Below, piece by piece: positions 54,252 through 62,642 of a DNA stretch of 64,000 nucleotides. Source of the stretch: Gemmatimonadota bacterium (GTDB taxonomy: Bacteria; Gemmatimonadota; Gemmatimonadetes; Gemmatimonadales; GWC2-71-9); NCBI GenBank assembly GCA_039588255.1, contig JBDHAF010000008.1, forward strand, positions 7,102-71,101. The letters are read 5' to 3'. The notes beneath the pieces are model-generated. The model did no database searches. It saw only the letters and a list, made by a program, of their open reading frames with translations, and was not told the DNA's origin. How positions within the stretch are numbered: position 1 is the stretch's first letter; each line of letters begins with the position of its first letter. The position numbers and the translations under genes are program-made.

Positions 54252-55952
54252 ATGAACGATTCTCTCCGAACTCCTCCGAAGCGACCCTCCATCGAGGCCC
54301 GGTTTCGCTCGTGGACCGCAGAGTTCTCCGCGGTAGACCTGGACGAGCAACGCCTCAAGGACGCGGAAATAGTGCGGGCCAGCATCAAGCGCCGTTGGGG
54401 CATCATCGTAGCCGGCGCCGTGCTCCTTGCTGCAGTGAAATGGGCGAACCTCACCGATGCCTCTGGTCTGACCATCGCGGTGACGCTGATCGTGTCTGCG
54501 GTTGCCAACCTCGGCGTCATCTCGGTCGCTCGGGCGGGAACCTTCACCTGGTGGTTGATCTACTGCCTGGCCGTCATCGACATCTTGATGGTTGGCGCCT
54601 TCGTCGCCCTGATCGGACCTGGAGGCATGGTGGTCGGGTTCTTCGTGGCCACTCTGCCGTACGCGTTCAACGAAGGCCGTGGAGTTGGCGACTTCCTCGC
54701 GCTCCTCTCGGCTGCCGTGTACATCGGCGCGGCATCGGTACACGGGGCGTGGGTGGTAGATCCTCCTGTAGGTTTCACTGCCGTGCCCGCCACGGCGTAC
54801 GTTGAGGCGCTTGTCTTCCTGGCAGTCGTGACCACGCTGCGACGGATTCCCGCCTCCCTCGTGGAACGCATCCGGGTCACACGCAACGTCATGCGGCGGG
54901 CCGAGGGAGGCGCCCTGGGCGTGCGAGCCCCGGCTGCCTACGACGACGAGCTGGGGTTTCTCGAGCGGTCGTTCAATCGCATGCTTGACGAGATCGCTGG
55001 CACGATTGCAGCGGTCCAACGGGAGACCGACGAGGTCGTCATCCTCGCCGATGTGTTGTCGCAGGCCGCCACCGGTGTGCTGGCGTCCAGCGAATCGGTT
55101 TCGATCACTTCCGCCGAGTTGGCCCGGGAAATGGCCGCCCAGCGCGAGCTGGCGGAGGAGGGCCGTGACGAGAGCACGAAGGCAGCCAAGGAGGCGGGCA
55201 GTCTGAGCCAGCGTGCCGACACCATGGCCGCCGATGCTCGCAGCCTTGCGGAGGCAGCCACGCACAGCCGCTCCAGCGTGGAGCGAGCCAGTGACGTGCT
55301 CTTGGCGATAGGCGATGAGGTGCGCATCACTGCAGAGTCCGTCCACGAGCTGAGCGGCATGTCGGAGCGGGTTGGGTCCTTTGCCCGAACCATCTCCCGT
55401 ATCGCGAGACAGACTCACGTCCTGGCGCTGAACGCGGCCATCGAGGCGGCCCACAACGAGGAGGGAGGGGAGGGGTTTGCGGCGGTCGCCGACGAAGTCA
55501 GGGCACTGGCGGCCGAGGCAGGGAGTTCGGCACGCGACGTCACTGATCTCATCGGTGACGTTCTCTCGCAGGTGGACGCCGTGTCGAAGGCCATGACCTC
55601 AGGCGAGGAGAAGGTGCGGGACGTGGGCGCGGTGGCACAGCAAGCCCAGGGTGCCCTCAGGGATCTCGAGCGTGGCATCTCCAAGATCAAGGAACTCGTG
55701 GACGCCACGGCGACGGTCTCCCAGACCCAGGCCAAACGGATGGCGACTCTTGCCGACAAGATGGCTGATGTGGCGAGCATCAGCACCGGCTCTGCCAACG
55801 AGGCGGACAGCGCCGCGGCCGCGATGGCCACCCAACAGCGAACCATTGGAGATCTGAGAGCCGTGAGCGGTCAGCTTGCCGAGCTCGCTGAGCGGGTCCG
55901 CATAAGCATTGCCCGTTTTGCGGTCGTCGACCCCGCGGACGATCGAGAGTGA
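54252..55952 (+). CDS. methyl-accepting chemotaxis protein (multi-TM sensor, HAMP)
   Basis: DELGFLERSFNRM HAMP; IARQTHVLALNAAIEAA..GEGFAAVADEVRALA. Confidence 0.93.
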   Translation: MNDSLRTPPKRPSIEARFRSWTAEFSAVDLDEQRLKDAEIVRASIKRRWGIIVAGAVLLAAVKWANLTDASGLTIAVTLIVSAVANLGVISVARAGTFTWWLIYCLAVIDILMVGAFVALIGPGGMVVGFFVATLPYAFNEGRGVGDFLALLSAAVYIGAASVHGAWVVDPPVGFTAVPATAYVEALVFLAVVTTLRRIPASLVERIRVTRNVMRRAEGGALGVRAPAAYDDELGFLERSFNRMLDEIAGTIAAVQRETDEVVILADVLSQAATGVLASSESVSITSAELAREMAAQRELAEEGRDESTKAAKEAGSLSQRADTMAADARSLAEAATHSRSSVERASDVLLAIGDEVRITAESVHELSGMSERVGSFARTISRIARQTHVLALNAAIEAAHNEEGGEGFAAVADEVRALAAEAGSSARDVTDLIGDVLSQVDAVSKAMTSGEEKVRDVGAVAQQAQGALRDLERGISKIKELVDATATVSQTQAKRMATLADKMADVASISTGSANEADSAAAAMATQQRTIGDLRAVSGQLAELAERVRISIARFAVVDPADDRE

Positions 55953-56007
55953 TCCTGCCCTCCGGGTCTCATTCCTCACCCGAGCTGTCCGGCTGGCCCA
56001 TCCCGCT

Positions 56008-56817
56008 TCAAAAGGGATGGAAGGTTCGAAACGTCGCCCGATAGGGCAGGATCAATTGCATTGCAAAGTCGTCCAGTGCCGAGCCGAGGGTGATTCGCTC
56101 CCGAAACTCCCGTCCCGTCATCCCCGCAACCGACTTGACGTGCCGACTGAAGCTCTGGGGCGACGAGTAATCCAACCGATACGCGACGTCGCCTACCGAC
56201 AGTCCCGGTAGCTGGAGGAGTGCGGCGGCATGGATCAGGCGCACCGAGGAGAGGTACTGCTTCGGAGAGGGCAAGTTCGAGCGGAAGAAGCGCGACGTGA
56301 AGGTGCTCGCACACACGTTCAGGCGCCGGCACAGCTCCCGAGCGCTGGTCGTTCTCGGCGCCAGAACAACGAGCGACTCAAAGAAGCGCTTGACTCCCGG
56401 GGTAGGCGCTCCCAGCGTCTCGAAGATGCGCGACAGCATGCGGGTTGCCGTAGGCGTCATGTGACGGCCCACAAACGATCGCAGGCGGGTCCAACCGTCG
56501 CGCCGACTCAAGTCCACCATCGTTTCGACCCCCGACGAGCCCAGCTGGAGCAGTCGCTCGCTGCACCGACTGTCGTGATGGGACAAGACGGCAACCATTG
56601 GGACGCTGGGAAACTCCCGGGCGAGGCGGGCGACCTCACCCATGTCCTCGGCGGACACACAGAGCGGGGACACCAAGACCGCACTCACCTGCCGCCCGCG
56701 CACAGCACGTATCGCCTCTTTCACGCTCCGTGCGTGAAGCGTCGACACGTACGCTCCCGTCGCCGCGTCAATCCGGGACCGCTCCACCGCTTCCAAGACC
56801 GTGGCGACGGTGCCCAT
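56008..56817 (-). CDS. AraC family regulator with receiver-like N-terminal domain
   Basis: C-terminal SVGDVAYRLDYSSPQSFSRHVK HTH. Confidence 0.85.
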   Translation of the reverse strand: MGTVATVLEAVERSRIDAATGAYVSTLHARSVKEAIRAVRGRQVSAVLVSPLCVSAEDMGEVARLAREFPSVPMVAVLSHHDSRCSERLLQLGSSGVETMVDLSRRDGWTRLRSFVGRHMTPTATRMLSRIFETLGAPTPGVKRFFESLVVLAPRTTSARELCRRLNVCASTFTSRFFRSNLPSPKQYLSSVRLIHAAALLQLPGLSVGDVAYRLDYSSPQSFSRHVKSVAGMTGREFRERITLGSALDDFAMQLILPYRATFRTFHPF

Positions 56818-56964
56818 CCGAAGATTCCTGTGCAGGTCAACCTCCCGAAAAAGGGGCGGCTATCATGGATGAATCACCTCAACGCCCGCTCAAAGCGCCG
56901 ACGAGGTTCGTCAACCACACGGTCTAGAGTCACAGACCGAGAGCCGCTATCTTTGTACCAGACA

Positions 56965-57334
56965 AGAGGTTGGTGGAGTGCGATGGTCGCGCCCCGCCGC
57001 TGAGGCGGGTCGAGGAAAGTCCGAGCTCCGCAGGGCAGATTGCCAGGTAACGCCTGGGCGCCGCAAGGCGACGGATAGGGCCACAGAAAACAGACCGCCC
57101 GGCAACGGGTAAGGGTGAAATGGTGGGGTAAGAGCCCACCGCGCGGTTGGCAACAGCCGTGGCACGGCAACCCCCAATCGGAGCAAGGCCAAATAGGCGA
57201 TGAGGTCCGGCCCGGACCACTTGAATCGCGGGTAGGCTGCCGGAGGCGGCAGGTGACTGTCGTCGTAGATAGATGACCATCCACTCGCTTCGTGCGAGTG
57301 AACAGAACTCGGCTTACGGCTCCGCCAACTCTCT
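56965..57334 (+). ncRNA. rnpB: RNase P RNA (class A)
   Basis: GAGGAAAGTCCGAGCTC, GGGTGAAATGGTGGGGTAAGAGCCCACC, GAGCAAGGCCAAATAGG, ACAGAACTCGGCTTAC; terminal helix GTTGGTGGAG/CTCCGCCAAC. Confidence 0.97.
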
Positions 57335-57367
57335 TTCTCGGGGCCGTCGCAAACAGAGCGAGGACAC

Positions 57368-58198
57368 ATGAATCTGCGTTGCACGTGGCCCGTCGCCGCC
57401 GGGTTCGTCGCCTCCTGCGCGTCGGTCGGTCCGGGTACGCCCACCGAAGATGCGCTGCCGCCCACACCCTGGGAGGCTCGCTTCGCGCCTGCAACGGCGT
57501 CCTATCTCTCTACGACCCACCGGGTGGTGGAGCGAGATGTCCAGGGCCAGACCCGCAGCGACAGTATGCTCCTGCGATTCCGCATGTCTGCAATGATCAC
57601 CGACGTCGACTCCGCCCTGGCCGTGTCTTTCGTCATCGATTCGGTGCTCGCGGCAACCGCACGGAACATCCTGCGCCAGGACATCGCAGCCGCCAGCGGT
57701 GCGACGTTCACCGCGCATCTCGCCGAAACCGGCCACATGGTAGGTTTCGCAGGAGGCGACCCATACTCCCCGCTGCACCAGGAAATCGCCGGCCGGACCA
57801 CGAACTTCTTCCCCACGCTGCCCGCGGGGGGGCTGCTACCGGGTGCAACCTGGGTTGATTCGACGGAGGCGCAGCGCGACCAAGGAGGTGCTCGTCTGAC
57901 CATCAACGCCGTGACAACCTACCGGAGCGGTGACTGGGACGCGGCGGGCGACGACGACGTGCTGCCCGTCGAATGGGTCCGGGTGTACCGGCTTGGCGGC
58001 GCGGGCGAGCAGTTCGGCCAGCCGTTCACATTGCTGGGAGAGGGCACCGCGTCGGGCCGTTCGCTGTTCGCACCCGACGGCCGATACTTGGGCTCGGTGA
58101 GTCGAGACGAACTCGCGGCCGAGCTGTCGAACGACGCACTGGGGATCGTGATTCCCGTGCGACAACTGCAATCCGACACAGTGAGGATTCTTCGCTAA
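57368..58198 (+). CDS. hypothetical lipoprotein, beta-rich
   Basis: GAGG SD, VASC lipobox, beta-strand-rich body. Confidence 0.75.
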   Translation: MNLRCTWPVAAGFVASCASVGPGTPTEDALPPTPWEARFAPATASYLSTTHRVVERDVQGQTRSDSMLLRFRMSAMITDVDSALAVSFVIDSVLAATARNILRQDIAAASGATFTAHLAETGHMVGFAGGDPYSPLHQEIAGRTTNFFPTLPAGGLLPGATWVDSTEAQRDQGGARLTINAVTTYRSGDWDAAGDDDVLPVEWVRVYRLGGAGEQFGQPFTLLGEGTASGRSLFAPDGRYLGSVSRDELAAELSNDALGIVIPVRQLQSDTVRILR

Positions 58199-58199
58199 C

Positions 58200-59039
58200 G
58201 TGTTCCGCTCCGTGCTGCTCCTCGTAGGGCTCTCGAGTCTCCACGTCGCACCGATCACGGCCCAGGTCGTGCCCGTCCGCTCACAGGACTATCTCTTCAT
58301 CACGAACGTGGCCGACGCCCGTGCGCTCTGGGTAAATCCCGCCGGTCTGGTCATCATTCCCGAAGCGTCCCTCCTCGGCGAACTCACGTTCGAGAGAACG
58401 GGCGGTGACCTTCGCGTGGAGCAATGGGGATTCAGCTTCAACTCCCGCGGCGTTGCCTTCGGCTATCAACGGAACCGCCTAATCGGGGAAGAAGCGTTGG
58501 GGACCTTGCGAGCGGGCTTGGGATACCCGTTTCAGAATGGAGCGATCGGCGCGACGGTCTCCCGCTACAACCAAGACTCGACCCGGAGCTACGGGCTAGG
58601 CGTGGGCGTTGTCTACTTCCCGCGGCTGAAAGTGCCGGTCCAGCTTGGCGCCACCGTGCGCCACATCGGGCGGCCGACGGTGCGGGAGCAGGAGCTTCCC
58701 GTGACAGGCGTAGCGGGCGTGCAGCTGTCCACGTCAACGTTCCAGCTGAGTTGGGAAACCCACGCCGCGGAACGGCGCGCGCCCAACGAATCTGGATTCG
58801 ACGTGAGACACCGAGCCGGCGGCCGGCTGACGTTCGGCGGCCGGCTGCCAGTGATACTCATCGCCACCGTCGATCTCGGATCGAACGTGCGCATTGACCA
58901 GCTGAATGTGGGATTCTCCATTGGGGCCGCGCGGCAGCTCACCACCATCGGCTCGGCGGTGGAGAGAGACGACAATGCCGTTTTCGAACGCTTCAGCGCC
59001 ACGGTCGTCGCCACGAACCCCCTGACTGCGGCCCGCTGA
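58200..59039 (+). CDS. exported beta-barrel-like hypothetical protein
   Basis: Signal peptide, WVNPAGL motif, alternating amphipathic strands. Confidence 0.7.
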   Translation: MFRSVLLLVGLSSLHVAPITAQVVPVRSQDYLFITNVADARALWVNPAGLVIIPEASLLGELTFERTGGDLRVEQWGFSFNSRGVAFGYQRNRLIGEEALGTLRAGLGYPFQNGAIGATVSRYNQDSTRSYGLGVGVVYFPRLKVPVQLGATVRHIGRPTVREQELPVTGVAGVQLSTSTFQLSWETHAAERRAPNESGFDVRHRAGGRLTFGGRLPVILIATVDLGSNVRIDQLNVGFSIGAARQLTTIGSAVERDDNAVFERFSATVVATNPLTAAR

Positions 59040-59060
59040 GACCGTAAGGTCTTCGACCCC

Positions 59061-60170
59061 TCAGTCCACCAGTCGGAGAGGCATGACCAGGCAGAGGTAA
59101 GATGCTGGGTCATCCCAGCCAACCGGCTCCATGGTGGCCGCTCGCTCCGGGGCCTTCAGGGTGAAACGCACCTCGTCGGTGGGCATGAATTTGAGCAGTT
59201 CCAGGAGGTAGGTGGCATTGAAGCCAATCTCCAACGGCTCCCCGTCATAGGTCGCCTGGATCTCGTCTTGCGCTTCCCCCAGGTCCGGCGTGCTCACTGA
59301 GAACTTCAGCATGCCGCTGCTGAACGACAGCCGTACCCGGTGTGTCTGGTCACTTGCCACGATACCCACGCGTCGGATGGCCGCCGACAGCGCCTGGCGA
59401 TCCACCGTCACGACCTTGTCGTTGTCCCGTGGGATCACTTGCTCGTAGTTGGGATACGGCCCCTCGATCAGACGCGTAAACACCAGGGTGTTGCCCGCTC
59501 GGAACCCCAGGTGGTTGTCACTCCGCGCCACATCGATTTCGTCGGCAGGCCCAAACAGCCGCCGAATCTGCTCGAGCGCTTTTGGTGGAACGATGAGATC
59601 GGCCGCAGCTGCGCCACCGGACACCGCAATGTCCATCTTCGCCAGCCGATGACCATTGGTGGCTACCATCCGCATCCGGTCTTCCCGCATCTCCCAGAGC
59701 ACACCGTTCAAAATCGGCCGGCTCTCTTCCGTGGAAGCAGCAAACGCCACGTGATTGATCAGATTCTGGATGTCGCCGGACGTCATCTTCCACGCCTGGT
59801 CGAACGACACCGACGGAAAACTCGGGAATTCATCACGGGCAATGCCTAGCAGCTTAAACCGCGATGGCCCACACTCGAGCGTCATCCGTTGCTCACCGGC
59901 CGCCGCAAAGTGGATTCCCGCACTCGGTAGCTCTCGCACAATGTCAACCAGCTTCTTCGCTGGGAGGGTTACGGCTCCTTCTACCTCGACGTCAGCAGGT
60001 ACAATCGTGCTCACCGCGATATCCAAATCCGTACCCGCAAGACGCACACCATCGGCTGTGGCCTCAAGGAGAATGTTAGAGAGCACCGGAAGCGTGGTTC
60101 GCGTTGGAACGCTCGACGCAACAGCAACGAGGCCTTCCTGGAGTTGCTCCCGAGTGATTGTGAACTTCAT
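59061..60170 (-). CDS. dnaN: DNA polymerase III beta clamp
   Basis: LPVLSNILL, TDLD, SRPILNGV, ATNGHRLA, RLIEGPYPNY, VMPLR. Confidence 0.98.
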   Translation of the reverse strand: MKFTITREQLQEGLVAVASSVPTRTTLPVLSNILLEATADGVRLAGTDLDIAVSTIVPADVEVEGAVTLPAKKLVDIVRELPSAGIHFAAAGEQRMTLECGPSRFKLLGIARDEFPSFPSVSFDQAWKMTSGDIQNLINHVAFAASTEESRPILNGVLWEMREDRMRMVATNGHRLAKMDIAVSGGAAAADLIVPPKALEQIRRLFGPADEIDVARSDNHLGFRAGNTLVFTRLIEGPYPNYEQVIPRDNDKVVTVDRQALSAAIRRVGIVASDQTHRVRLSFSSGMLKFSVSTPDLGEAQDEIQATYDGEPLEIGFNATYLLELLKFMPTDEVRFTLKAPERAATMEPVGWDDPASYLCLVMPLRLVD

Positions 60171-60420
60171 GCTGCGCCCCAAATCGTGGAAAGAGATAAC
60201 TATCTCTGTACTATATAAATAACTAGTAGTCGTAGTAGGGGTTCTGGATATCTGGAGAAGTCGTATAACCCCCTGATTTTATCATAGCTTGCGTGGTATT
60301 CGCCGTGTTGGTTCTGTGTTGGTCAGCGGGGATGATGTGGGGAGAACAATCCCTGCCGCACACATTTCCCACGGCTGCCAACACCGATTTACCACAAGTG
60401 TGTACTACGGTGCGGACAAC
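60171..60420. other. replication origin oriC (DUE, DnaA-trios, DnaA boxes)
   Basis: dnaA-dnaN spacer with TATATAAATAA AT tract, TAGTAGTCGTAGTAG trio run, G-rich linker, degenerate boxes TCTGGATAT/TCTGGAGAA and further box-like 9-mers. Confidence 0.8.
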
Positions 60421-61784
60421 TCTCGTCGGGCGAGTTCTATCCGCTCTCGAAACTGTCGATCTCTCCGCATCTGGTGTTCGACCTTACCGACACTGTGAAT
60501 GACCGTGGAGTGATCGCGGCCGCCGAACGCCTGCCCGATTTCGACGAGCTGCATCCCCAGGAGATCGCGTGCCAAGAACATGGCGACCTGACGTGGCACT
60601 GTGAGTGTCTTGGTACGAGACTTGGATCGTAGGCCCTCCGGCGTGACTCCCCAGCGGCGCGCGACGACCTCCTGGACACGGTCTACCGTGGGCGCGGCGG
60701 CGGGTGACACCGAGCCGTCACCGTCGCCCTGGCGGATCTTGTCGGCCAACGCCTCGCGGGCGAGATCGACCGTCACCTCACGGTGCTTCAACGACGCGAA
60801 GAGCAACAACCTGATGATGCATCCCTCGAGCTCCCGCACTGAGCTGCGAACGTGTTCGGCGATGAACCGGAGCACGTCGTCCGGGATGGTCAGCTCGAGG
60901 TGTTCTTGCTCGGCCTTCTTTCGGAGAATCGCGATCCGGTGCTCGAGGTCGGGCTGCCCGATGTCCGCGACCATCCCCCACTCGAAGCGGCTCACGAGCC
61001 GTGATTCGAGGCCGGGAATCTCGTTGGGAGCCCGATCCGAGGTGACGACGATCTGCTTGCCGGCCTCGTGGAGCGCGTTGAAGGTGTGGAAGAACTCTTC
61101 CTGGGTCATTTCCTTCCCTTCCAGGAAGTGCACGTCGTCGACCAGGAAGATGTCCGACTCACTGCGGTAGCGGCGCCGGAATTCGGGCATCGTGCGGCTA
61201 TGGATGCTCTCGATCACCTCGTTGATGAACTGCTCGGCTCCCATGTACACGACCCGGCTCGTGGGATTTCGCTCGACGAGGGCGTGCGCGATCGCCTGCA
61301 TGAGGTGGGTCTTCCCCAAGCCGGTGGCGCCATAAATGAAGAGCGGGTTATACGTCTTGCCGGGTGCCTCGGCAGCGGCGTGGGCGGCGGCGGCGGCCAG
61401 CTCATTGGATTTCCCGATAACGAAGGTCGTGAACGTGTATCGATGATTGAGGGGTGTGGCCATCGGCGTCTTCCCATCCCCCTCAGACGGGGGCGGGGCG
61501 ACAAAGAAATCCATCTGCGGCCGCTCCGCGCGCTCCGTCTGCACCTGGAAAACGACGTCCAGGGGCGCCCCGAACGCCCTGGCGGCCAGCCGCGAAAGCA
61601 TCTGGGCGTGCTTGGACTCGTTCCACTCCACCGAAAATTGATCGGGGGCGCTCACGATCAGCCGGTTGTCATTGAGCGCCACTGGTTCTGCGGGCTCGAG
61701 CCAGGTCCGCATCGTAGCCTCGGGTAGCTCCAAACGCGCCTCCTCGAGCAGACGCGCCCAGGTCTCTTTGGCTGACAATTCCAT
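60405..61784 (-). CDS. dnaA: chromosomal replication initiator
   Basis: YNPLFIYGATGLGKTHL, QEEFFHTFNALH, RELEG, FGGRDHSTVIH. Confidence 0.98.
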   Translation of the reverse strand: MELSAKETWARLLEEARLELPEATMRTWLEPAEPVALNDNRLIVSAPDQFSVEWNESKHAQMLSRLAARAFGAPLDVVFQVQTERAERPQMDFFVAPPPSEGDGKTPMATPLNHRYTFTTFVIGKSNELAAAAAHAAAEAPGKTYNPLFIYGATGLGKTHLMQAIAHALVERNPTSRVVYMGAEQFINEVIESIHSRTMPEFRRRYRSESDIFLVDDVHFLEGKEMTQEEFFHTFNALHEAGKQIVVTSDRAPNEIPGLESRLVSRFEWGMVADIGQPDLEHRIAILRKKAEQEHLELTIPDDVLRFIAEHVRSSVRELEGCIIRLLLFASLKHREVTVDLAREALADKIRQGDGDGSVSPAAAPTVDRVQEVVARRWGVTPEGLRSKSRTKTLTVPRQVAMFLARDLLGMQLVEIGQAFGGRDHSTVIHSVGKVEHQMRRDRQFRERIELARRELSAP

Positions 61785-61841
61785 TTGCAATAGGACAGCG
61801 GTGGATGGTTCTAAAGGGGGCGGGTGATTGTATTTCTCGGA

Positions 61842-61850
61842 TGTGGAAAA
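61842..61850 (+). promoter_or_regulatory. DnaA box upstream of dnaA
   Basis: TGTGGAAAA in the dnaA-rpmH spacer. Confidence 0.6.
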
Positions 61851-61911
61851 GTCAACCTTGACCCCAAGCCCACTGGACGACTAGCTTTCGCGGCTCGATT
61901 GAGGGATACGG

Positions 61912-62073
61912 ATGAAACCGACGTATAAGCCCCGTAACAGACGCCGCATCAACAAACACGGCTTTCGGGCGCGCATGAAGACGCGCTGGGGGCGTGAAAT
62001 TCTGAATCGGCGCCGCAGGAAGGGCCGTAAGAGGTTGGCAGTCTCGCTGCCTACCAAACATGGAGGAAGCTGA
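61912..62073 (+). CDS. rpmH: 50S ribosomal protein L34
   Basis: Manual translation [44 protein letters not shown] (below the ORF-track length cut-off). Confidence 0.97.
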   Translation: MKPTYKPRNRRRINKHGFRARMKTRWGREILNRRRRKGRKRLAVSLPTKHGGS

Positions 62074-62414
62074 CGTCCGAGGGGCTCCCCCGGAGTTGGC
62101 GTATTTCGCGCGGGTCAGACCTCAAGGCGGTCCAGCAGAGTGGACGCCATCGCCGAACCCCCCTTCTGGATGTTTCCTGGCGGTCGAACGACGTCGGTCA
62201 TCCCCGACTGGGGCTCATTGTGCCCAAGCACGGCGCCACCGCAGTCGCTCGCAACAGGGTCCGCCGGCGTCTGCGTGAGTGCTCGCGTCGCCGAATCCTA
62301 CCGAGGCTGTGGGCCGTAGATTTAGTGGTCCGGGCGCGCCCGGCGGCGTACCAGGCGACCTCCGAGGAGCTGACTGGGGATCTCGATCAATGGCTGCTAT
62401 CGATTTCCGAGTGA
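62070..62414 (+). CDS. rnpA: ribonuclease P protein component; CTG start inferred
   Basis: RISRGSDL...[30 protein letters not shown] (RNR motif). Confidence 0.9.
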   Translation: MTSEGLPRSWRISRGSDLKAVQQSGRHRRTPLLDVSWRSNDVGHPRLGLIVPKHGATAVARNRVRRRLRECSRRRILPRLWAVDLVVRARPAAYQATSEELTGDLDQWLLSISE

Positions 62415-62629
62415 AGCGGATCCCCCGCTTGGCCGTGGGAGCCCTGATCAAGCTGTACCAGCTGATGGCGTCCCCGTTCCCGTCCCCGTGTAGGCATACG
62501 CCGTCCTGCTCCATGTACACGCTGGAGGCGGTCGACCGGTATGGAGTCCTCAAAGGCTGCTGGTTGGGCATTCGCCGGATTGCCCGCTGTCATCCGTTCT
62601 CACAGGGGGGCTACGACCCCGTCCCATGA
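62411..62629 (+). CDS. yidD: membrane protein insertion efficiency factor
   Basis: [31 protein letters not shown]. Confidence 0.95.
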   Translation: MKRIPRLAVGALIKLYQLMASPFPSPCRHTPSCSMYTLEAVDRYGVLKGCWLGIRRIARCHPFSQGGYDPVP

Positions 62630-62642
62630 CCGGTCGACGCTA

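Noticed and set aside
53655-55454. 599-aa - strand ORF
   Set aside because: Antisense shadow of pyrE and the MCP
56874-57494. ORFs across the rnpB region
   Set aside because: Explained by RNase P RNA
62060-62278. 72-aa ATG ORF after rpmH
   Set aside because: Wrong frame; the RnpA motifs are in the 62070 frame
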